A DNA stretch of 32,499 bases. Origin: Myxococcales bacterium. GTDB taxonomy: Bacteria > Myxococcota_A > Polyangia > Palsa-1104. Below the pieces are notes generated by a model. The model searched no databases. It was given only the letters and a program-made list of their open reading frames with translations, and was not told the origin of the DNA. Below, one piece after another: positions 1-6,764 of the stretch. Numbering within the stretch: the stretch's first letter is position 1; every line of letters starts with the position of its first letter. A program made the position numbers and the translations under genes. The DNA lies in assembly GCA_023248835.1 (NCBI GenBank), contig JAHFDU010000001.1, positions 1-32,499 on the forward strand, read 5' to 3'.

Positions 1-84
1 ACCGGTCCAATCGAAAAGCTCGACGAGCCCGAGCCGGAGACGGAGCAGCGACACGAGAAAATCACCGCTTTTTCGCAAGCGGCG

Positions 85-1308
85 ATGCCGACGCCTAGCG
101 TTCCGATCGAGACCGCCAACGTTTCGCGCGAACAACTCACCGAGACGGTCGCGCAACTCGGCTCGGAACTCGGTGATCGATTGGGGCTCGACTTCGAAGG
201 ACCGCAGCGCCAGACCACCTTGGAACTTCGACAGCGCGCCGAGAAAGCAGCCCGCACCCTGGTCGGCCAAGCCACGTTGCCGACCGGAATTGACACCGAT
301 CTGCTGGCGCGCTGGGCAGTGGCCGAAGCCGCCGGCTTCGGCGCGTTCGAGCTGATTATGGAGGACGCCACCGTCGACGAACTCTCCGTCGGGGCTTTCG
401 ATCGCGTGTTTGTCAAGCGACAGGGCGGCTGGAGCGACGCGCCACACTGGTTCTCGAGTCGCAAAGCGCTCGACCGCGCGATTGAACGTTTGGTCGCGTT
501 CGGTGGCACGCCGACGCACACCGTCGCAGAAGTGCAATCGGTCGTGCTCGAGCGTGGTTTCGAATTGGTGGCCACAGGCCGGGCAGGCTCCGCCGCTCGC
601 GCTGCCGTGGTTCGGCGCCTCGACGTCGCGCCGCATTCGCTCGAGGAGCTGGTAACCGAAGGCTGGCTTTCAGTCGAGATGCTCGAGCTATTTGCCAAGG
701 CGGTCGCCGGCCGACGCAATATCCTTGTCACTTCGGCCTTTGGAAATGCACGCTCGACCTTGGTCAGCGCGCTTGGCGCTCTGGCTGGCACCACCGAGCG
801 AATCGTCGCGCTGTCGAGTCGCAAGCTCGCCCCCAGCGGCGCTGCCACGACGCTGGTGCGTGCGGCTGGCGCAACGCTGTCGGAAGCTTTAGCGCTGGTA
901 CCCGATCGTCTCATTGTCGACGACATCCAGCTCCACGAAGCGTTGCGGGTGGTCGGACTTCTCGGTGGCGGTTTTGACGGCCTGCTGTTGTCGCAACAGG
1001 CGAGTTTTCCATCCGAAGCGATCTCGGCGCTCGAATCGATGGCGCGTTTGCAACCGAGCGCGCCGCCCGGCGAAGCCATCGATCGGGCGATCACGCGTGG
1101 CGTTCACTTGCTCGCCCACATCGACCGCATCGGCAGCAAATTTCGCGTCGCCGAACTGAGTGAGCTGAGCGCCGATCGCAGCTTGCGCACGCTCTTCGCC
1201 TGGCAGCGCGACTCGGCGCGTTTCGCCTCCGTTGGCGCACCGTCCATCATCGGCCAGACGCAGACCAACCCCTCGAACCGAATGGCGCCCCCGGGAGTGC
1301 GCGCTTAG
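85..1308 (+). CDS. CpaF/TadA-like secretion-ATPase-fold protein with degenerate catalytic motifs (probable pseudo-ATPase); N-terminus may lie upstream of the window
   Basis: 407-aa ORF collinear with CpaF-type ATPases (ELIMEDATVDELSVGAFDRVFVKRQG; NILVTSAFGNARSTLVSAL at the Walker A position; PDRLIVDDIQLHEA at Walker B; GGFDGLLLSQQASF at the His box). The frame has no stop between nt 1 and 85, and no clear RBS precedes 85. Confidence 0.7.
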   Translation: MPTPSVPIETANVSREQLTETVAQLGSELGDRLGLDFEGPQRQTTLELRQRAEKAARTLVGQATLPTGIDTDLLARWAVAEAAGFGAFELIMEDATVDELSVGAFDRVFVKRQGGWSDAPHWFSSRKALDRAIERLVAFGGTPTHTVAEVQSVVLERGFELVATGRAGSAARAAVVRRLDVAPHSLEELVTEGWLSVEMLELFAKAVAGRRNILVTSAFGNARSTLVSALGALAGTTERIVALSSRKLAPSGAATTLVRAAGATLSEALALVPDRLIVDDIQLHEALRVVGLLGGGFDGLLLSQQASFPSEAISALESMARLQPSAPPGEAIDRAITRGVHLLAHIDRIGSKFRVAELSELSADRSLRTLFAWQRDSARFASVGAPSIIGQTQTNPSNRMAPPGVRA

Positions 1309-1314
1309 TCCTAC

Positions 1315-2535
1315 GTGTGGCGCGTCATCGCCATCGATCGCTCTGGTCAGGAAATCGCTGAGCGGGAATTCGCCAATGGCGAGATTACCATTGGACGCGA
1401 TCCCGACCGCAATCTGGTCCTCGCGTCTTCGAGCGTTTCGCGCAAACACGCGCGCCTTCTTGCCGATCACGGCACGCTGCGTATCGTCGACGAGGGCAGC
1501 GCCAACGGCGTGCTCGTCGACGGTGTACGCATCGCGCAGCCGACTGCGGTTTCGCCGACTTCGCGCATCGAGATCGCCGAATTTGCTGTCCGCATCGAAT
1601 CGGAGGTTGCGCTCGTTGCGGAGGCGGAACCGAAGACACGCCTTCGCGCCGTCGCTGGTCCCTTTGCCAACCAGGAATATGAGATCCCCTATGGCCATTC
1701 TCGGATTGGGCGCGCCGAGGAAAATGAATTGGTCTTTCGCCACCCGTCGCTGTCGCGACGTCACGCGCATTTTGAACATCACCGCGGCCACCTCGAAGTG
1801 GTCGACGGCGGCAGCGCCAATGGCACCTTTGTCAACGATCGCCAGGTCACCCGCTCCTCACTCCATGCCGACGATCGTTTACGCGTCGGCGAACTGGTCT
1901 TTGATGTACTCGAGGGCTCGTCCGATCCGCTCGCGCGACGGCCGCAACGCCTGATTGTGCTGATCGGAGCCAGTCTAGCAACCGTGGTGTTGTGGTGTGT
2001 CGCGATTGGGCTGCTTTTGCGCAGCGCGCCAGCGCTCGAATCACCCGCCGCGCCGGCAATTGCGCACTTGATGAACGAAGCCTCCACGAAACGGCAAGCG
2101 GCGCGAACGCTACTTTCGCAACATCGCTACGCCGAAGCCAAACTCGAGGCCGATGCAGCGCTCGAACTCGATCCGGCAAGCAGCGAGGCGCGCACGCTCG
2201 CCGAGCGCGCAGCCGAAGGTCCCGCCGACGAACGCAAGCTAGCCGCTGCTACTGCCGCGCTTTCAGTGGGAGATCGACAAGGCATCGAGCGCGCGGCGGC
2301 GCTGCTCGGCGACATGTGCCTCGGCTCCGGACCCACTGAAGAGGCGCGCAACAAGGTCTCCTCTGCGCTGATCGCCTACGCACTTGACCGACTCGGTCGA
2401 CGCGATTTTCCGCAGAGCAATTGGGCCCGCTGCCGGGCCTACGAAGTCAATCCCGGCAGTCGCGGCGAGCCGGCGATGGCGCGCATCGAAGCACGCTTGC
2501 GACGTCTGGCGCCGCAGCTCGGCTGCTCACCCTAG
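1315..2535 (+). CDS. Double-FHA-domain membrane protein with C-terminal TPR-like region
   Basis: GTG start 6 nt after the upstream stop. Two canonical FHA cores (ITIGRD..SVSRKHARL..GSANGVLVDG and SRIGRAEE..SLSRRHAHF..GSANGTFVND), one hydrophobic helix (LIVLIGASLATVVLWCVAIGLLL), then an Ala/Glu/Arg-rich helical-repeat tail. Confidence 0.85.
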   Translation: MWRVIAIDRSGQEIAEREFANGEITIGRDPDRNLVLASSSVSRKHARLLADHGTLRIVDEGSANGVLVDGVRIAQPTAVSPTSRIEIAEFAVRIESEVALVAEAEPKTRLRAVAGPFANQEYEIPYGHSRIGRAEENELVFRHPSLSRRHAHFEHHRGHLEVVDGGSANGTFVNDRQVTRSSLHADDRLRVGELVFDVLEGSSDPLARRPQRLIVLIGASLATVVLWCVAIGLLLRSAPALESPAAPAIAHLMNEASTKRQAARTLLSQHRYAEAKLEADAALELDPASSEARTLAERAAEGPADERKLAAATAALSVGDRQGIERAAALLGDMCLGSGPTEEARNKVSSALIAYALDRLGRRDFPQSNWARCRAYEVNPGSRGEPAMARIEARLRRLAPQLGCSP

Positions 2536-2541
2536 CGCCAC

Positions 2542-3501
2542 ATGCCGTTTTTCGTTAAGTTTCGCAACGAAGTCGGCCGCTTCTCCGAGGGAATGCACGA
2601 ACTCCCCGCGGGCGCGAATGATGCGCAACTTACTCAGCTGAGAGCGCACCACGGCAGGCGCATCGACATGGGGCTCGAAGAATTCTTGCGCACTTACAAT
2701 GGTGTGAGACTTTTTTTCGACAGCTACGTACTCTGGTCTGTCGAACGGCTCCGCGCCACCTCGGTCGAGAACGCGGAAACGGTGCCGATTGGCGAAGCGA
2801 ACGAATCGCCGTTGTTTTTGCGCAGCGACGGGCGAGTGTTGCAAGAAAACGACGAACAGGATCTCATTGTCGCCGGCAGCGACGTCGAGCATTGGCTGCT
2901 GGCAGTGGTCGCGCGCGACGCGCTGCTATTTGACCAAAATGGCGAATATCTCGCCGTATTCGACGACGACGAGGTTGCTCTCGAGGTGCGAAAAAAGCGG
3001 GTGCGGGTCGGTCGCAAACGCGATCCCGGATCCGCCGCTTGGGTCTTCGAAGCGGCTGAATTGGCCCTCGAGCTGGGAGATGAAGCGAGCGCTCTGCTAC
3101 TGGCAGAGGAGGCCGCCGTACTCGACAAAAATGCAGGCGAGGTATGGCAATTCGTCGCTCGATTGAGTCAACACCGAGGCGACAACGCTAGAGCCGAAAT
3201 CGCTTTTGCCGCGGCCGCTCACGCTTCGCGCCGCTCGGAAACCCGAGCGCTGCGCTTTGCCGAAGCCGCGCGCGTGGCCGCTTTGAATCAGCATTCTAGC
3301 GACGATTATCGTCGCCAAGCACTCGCCGCGAACGCAGATTGCGCGAACGGTTGGATCACCGAAGCGACTGCCAAACTTGCGACAGGTGAGATCGACAGCG
3401 CCGACGAATTGGCCGGTCTCGCGCACGCGATCGATCCGAAAAGAGCAGCCGACGTTTGCAGACAGATCCGCATCCGCCGCTCGCTCAGAACGACTGTTTA
3501 A
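2542..3501 (+). CDS. SMI1/KNR4 (SUKH)-like N-terminal domain protein with helical-repeat (TPR-like) C-terminus
   Basis: ATG 6 nt after the upstream stop. The N-terminus (AQLTQLRAHHGRRIDMGLEEFLRTYNGVRLFFDSYVLWSVERL) fits the SUKH-1 pattern (ligand line, then FL..NG). The C-terminus is Ala-rich helical repeats. Family assignment is from memory. Confidence 0.55.
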   Translation: MPFFVKFRNEVGRFSEGMHELPAGANDAQLTQLRAHHGRRIDMGLEEFLRTYNGVRLFFDSYVLWSVERLRATSVENAETVPIGEANESPLFLRSDGRVLQENDEQDLIVAGSDVEHWLLAVVARDALLFDQNGEYLAVFDDDEVALEVRKKRVRVGRKRDPGSAAWVFEAAELALELGDEASALLLAEEAAVLDKNAGEVWQFVARLSQHRGDNARAEIAFAAAAHASRRSETRALRFAEAARVAALNQHSSDDYRRQALAANADCANGWITEATAKLATGEIDSADELAGLAHAIDPKRAADVCRQIRIRRSLRTTV

Positions 3502-3659
3502 TGCGATTTCGCGCCAAGAATCTGCGCCAGTAGTTTGCCCTATTCCACCGACGGCTCTTGTGCTAAAGAACAAAAAATGGAACGCCAATACACCGCGCGC
3601 CTCGATCCGGTGGTCCACCCTCATTTCACCGGTCTGCGACTGACTTACATTTTTTGATC

Positions 3660-4685
3660 ATGATCGCTTGCGCGCGCTGCAGTCAAACCAATCGAGACGG
3701 CGCTCTGTTTTGTCAGGAATGCGGCAACAAACTCGAGCCGAAGCGCAATACCCTCCTGTGTGGCGGCTGCGGCGCTGACAATCCAGCGGGGATGCGCTTT
3801 TGCCGCAGTTGCGGGGCTGCACTTCTTCCCCCGGCGAAGACTCCAAGCACAGCGCAGTCCGCCGATCTTTCAGTGTGCGCCTCATGTCAACAACCAACCC
3901 CGGCGGGATTCTCGTTTTGCCAACATTGCGGGCAACCGCTCGCGCAAAATGCACCACTGACTCGGCATCCCACGCCCCCGGCAGGCGTGCCACGCGCGCT
4001 CGGACCGCCGGTGGTGGCGGCGATGCCAAAACCGATCGTTGCAAGTTCGCGTCACCGATTGGTGACTCTTGGCAAGGGCGCCACCGAAAACGCAACTCCG
4101 ATTGTTGATGAAATATTCGACGTCGGACGCCGCGAAGGAGCTTTGCATTTTCCGCACGACGTCGAACTGGCCTCACGTCACTTGCGCATCGAAACGCGTG
4201 GCGGTCGTTCGCTCTTGCGTCCGCTCGACCGCGTCAATGGCGTCTACGTCCGTCTGCGCCGCCCAACTCAGATTTTAGACGGGGCGCAGTTTATTGTCGG
4301 CGGACAGGTACTGCGTTTCGAGCTCCTGAATGAGGGTGAGCATGATCGCGAGCCCACTTGGGAACATGGCGTCGAACGCATCGGCTCTACCATTGCCTCG
4401 ACGTGGGGCCGCTTACATCAGCTGACGCGAACCGGCACCACTCGCGATCTGAGACACCTCAGCACGCCAGAAATTCTCATCGGGCGCAGCGAGGGATCCA
4501 TTCAATTTGCTGACGACAAGCAGATGTCCAAGGCGCACGCGCGGCTTCGCCACGGGCCAAACGGTGTCGAACTCGAAGATTGTGGATCAGAGACCGGAAC
4601 GTTTGTGCGCATCCCCGACTGTCATCCTCTGGTGTCGGGTGACGTTCTGCGTTTTGGTCAGCAGCTACTGCGTTTTGAAGTCTAG
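3660..4685 (+). CDS. Triple zinc-ribbon plus double-FHA-domain protein
   Basis: Three CxxC..CxxC ribbons (CARCSQ..CQECG, CGGCGA..CRSCG, CASCQQ..CQHCG) followed by two FHA cores (FDVGRREG..ASRHLRI..VNGVYV and ILIGRSEG..MSKAHARL..ETGTFV). The ORF opens at TTG 3654; ATG 3660 is preferred. Confidence 0.85.
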   Translation: MIACARCSQTNRDGALFCQECGNKLEPKRNTLLCGGCGADNPAGMRFCRSCGAALLPPAKTPSTAQSADLSVCASCQQPTPAGFSFCQHCGQPLAQNAPLTRHPTPPAGVPRALGPPVVAAMPKPIVASSRHRLVTLGKGATENATPIVDEIFDVGRREGALHFPHDVELASRHLRIETRGGRSLLRPLDRVNGVYVRLRRPTQILDGAQFIVGGQVLRFELLNEGEHDREPTWEHGVERIGSTIASTWGRLHQLTRTGTTRDLRHLSTPEILIGRSEGSIQFADDKQMSKAHARLRHGPNGVELEDCGSETGTFVRIPDCHPLVSGDVLRFGQQLLRFEV

Positions 4686-4787
4686 TTCGATATATTCATC
4701 CTCGCTGGCAACATTGCGCGGTGCAACCTGCATGAATGAACCATACCACAAGAGTTGCGCTTCCGAGCTTGCCCGGGTCCAAGCAAC

Positions 4788-6530
4788 TCACAGCCCGGTT
4801 AAGATTCCCCTCACGGTTTCCACCTCATGTAAGTGAGGAGGATTGAGCTCCAAAAAGCGTTGGTACTCGCTGCGCGCGGCGGCGCTCTCATGGCGTTCTT
4901 GCAAAATGTCGCCGAGCAGCTTGTGCGCTTCCGGCGAGCGTTCATCGAGTGCCACCGCGCGCTCGGCCTCCTCGAGCGCATGAGAAAGATCCTTTTGTTT
5001 GAGCAAGCGCTCCGCCAGTTTCAACTCAGCCATCGCCAAGCGGTGATTGCGCAACTCGTCGCTGTCGGCAATTGGATCAGCCGGCAGGTCGACCGGCGGC
5101 GATCGCGTGCCCCCTTGTAGCTCAGCCGCGATGTCGAACGCGCGATAGCGTCCGAGCGCATGCGGCCCCTCCCCCACCCACAACATCATCGCGGTGGCAT
5201 CGACCACCACAGAATGAGTCGCGATGATGGCATCGAGCGCGTTGCGATTGCCGAGGCCCAATGCTTCACCGCCAACGCCGCGTTTGTCGCGCAGCATCTC
5301 GAGCATGCGACGAGGATCGATGTTGCCGCGCTGTTTCTGTAAAAGTTCGACGGCGCGGCGATAGCGCGCACCCGAGGTAAGGTAGCGTTTTAGCCGATCG
5401 TTTTCGGCATCGCCGGAAAACGAAGGCGACAGCGCATGGTTCGAAAGCGCGAGGGTCCCCTGCGCATCTAGTCGGCGCACCTCGAGCCGGCGCGGCGTGC
5501 GCTCGAGCACCACCGCTTCACCCGTCTTGCCATCTCCCACCAAATAAAAATCGGGCACCATCACTGGAGTTGAGCGCACCAGGCGCACCACATCGGCAAT
5601 CGAATGCGCCTCTTCCATCACCTGGCGCAGCAGCAACTCAATCGGCATCCCCGACCGGCCCTTGTCGTCGCTGCGCGCCGCGTTGACCGAAACATAAATG
5701 CGCTCGGAGTTGATTCCGGTCACCACTCCTGCCATGCCAGCCCACGCGATCGAAACAAACGGCAGCTGCCCCTCGGGACGAAAAAACAGCACCGCCTTTT
5801 CGCGATCGAAAATCTCCGGCCCCTCGAAATCGAAATTCCGTCCGATGATAAGATGCCCATTGGGGGTGGCGCTGCCCGAAGCCGCCATCGCAGTGCAGCC
5901 GAGCATCGGCGAGCCTTCGAGTCCTTGCGTGATGTCGTGCAGCGAATGGTAAAAAATCACTCGCTCGTAGGCGGGCAAGAAATCGCCGTAGCGATCGATC
6001 ATACCGTCCGCAAGTCCGGCCAACTCGGCTTGGGCCCGCGCCAAGATCGAGTCGCCGAGATGACGGTAGCGCCACATCACACCGAGCCGAATCAGGCGGC
6101 GCGCCAGCGACGACGGCACATATTTTTCGAATTCGGAGAACATGAAGTCCTCCTGCTCCAGCAGCACCGGGTTGGCCAATCGCGCGTGCGCCAATCCCAT
6201 GCTGTAGGGATCACCGGCAAGGTGAATTTCCCAGATGCCGCGCTCTTTGCTGATCCAATTTTCGCCGATCATGCTGCGTGGGCCACGTGCTTGCAGCGCC
6301 GGCGCGATGCCGCTTGCCGATCGCCGCCCGTCGAGTGCAGGCGGCGGCCGCATTCGTGTCGCGATGCCGAATACCACCTGCGCTACCAGAAAGACCACGA
6401 CCACAACGACGGAAGCGACACCGAGCTTGCGCAGCCGCGAACGGCGACGACGCAGCGGCGCGTTCAAAAACGCAACATCTTGTTGGGCAATCACGACGGC
6501 GCGCAATGTAGCAAAGTTGCTCGTTGACAT
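4788..6530 (-). CDS. Peptidase C45 (acyl-CoA:6-aminopenicillanic-acid acyltransferase-like) family protein with N-terminal TM helix and C-terminal TPR
   Basis: 580-aa ORF with N-terminal helix VASVVVVVVFLVAQVVFGIA. It has the Ntn-hydrolase signature GCTAMAASGSATPNGHLIIGRNFDF and a C-terminal TPR-like segment (ALDERSPEAHKLLGDILQERHESAAARSEYQRFLELNP). Confidence 0.8.
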   Translation of the reverse strand: MSTSNFATLRAVVIAQQDVAFLNAPLRRRRSRLRKLGVASVVVVVVFLVAQVVFGIATRMRPPPALDGRRSASGIAPALQARGPRSMIGENWISKERGIWEIHLAGDPYSMGLAHARLANPVLLEQEDFMFSEFEKYVPSSLARRLIRLGVMWRYRHLGDSILARAQAELAGLADGMIDRYGDFLPAYERVIFYHSLHDITQGLEGSPMLGCTAMAASGSATPNGHLIIGRNFDFEGPEIFDREKAVLFFRPEGQLPFVSIAWAGMAGVVTGINSERIYVSVNAARSDDKGRSGMPIELLLRQVMEEAHSIADVVRLVRSTPVMVPDFYLVGDGKTGEAVVLERTPRRLEVRRLDAQGTLALSNHALSPSFSGDAENDRLKRYLTSGARYRRAVELLQKQRGNIDPRRMLEMLRDKRGVGGEALGLGNRNALDAIIATHSVVVDATAMMLWVGEGPHALGRYRAFDIAAELQGGTRSPPVDLPADPIADSDELRNHRLAMAELKLAERLLKQKDLSHALEEAERAVALDERSPEAHKLLGDILQERHESAAARSEYQRFLELNPPHLHEVETVRGILTGL

Positions 6531-6579
6531 CTACGCCTACCCACGGCACGCTGCGTTGACTTTTTTCAAGGAGAACACG

Positions 6580-6735
6580 ATGGGACTTGGAGACAATCGC
6601 CGCTCACCCAAAATGCGGCGCAAAATAGCGCAACGCAAAAAACTCGCTCGCATCAAACGTCGCCGCGCTGAAGCCGCCAAAACGCGATCGACGAGCAAAC
6701 CCGCCGCCAAGCCCAGCCGCAAGAAGGCAAGCTAG
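6580..6735 (+). CDS. Small highly basic protein (51 aa), function unknown
   Basis: ATG preceded by AAGGAGA 6 nt upstream. The product MGLGDNRRSPKMRRKIAQRKKLARIKRRRAEAAKTRSTSKPAAKPSRKKAS is very Lys/Arg rich. The longer ORF from 6235 overlaps the C45 gene and is discounted. Confidence 0.45.
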   Translation: MGLGDNRRSPKMRRKIAQRKKLARIKRRRAEAAKTRSTSKPAAKPSRKKAS

Positions 6736-6764
6736 ATACTTACTCGAGGCCGAATTGGTCAGGA

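Noticed and set aside
889-1791. 300-aa ORF on the - strand, and similar long antisense ORFs at 5604..6527, 7347..8078, 7633..8202, 9681..10343, 16606..17175 and 19536..20222.
   Set aside because: Each lies entirely antisense to, or out of frame within, a gene with clear family motifs. The products are Arg/Ala/Ser-rich low-complexity strings typical of shadow ORFs in high-GC DNA.
6580-6735. Possibility that the small basic protein is ribosomal protein bTHX or a similar named family.
   Set aside because: Only the MG.GD..R start and the overall basicity resemble bTHX. The remainder does not match what I recall of that family, so it is left as a hypothetical small basic protein.
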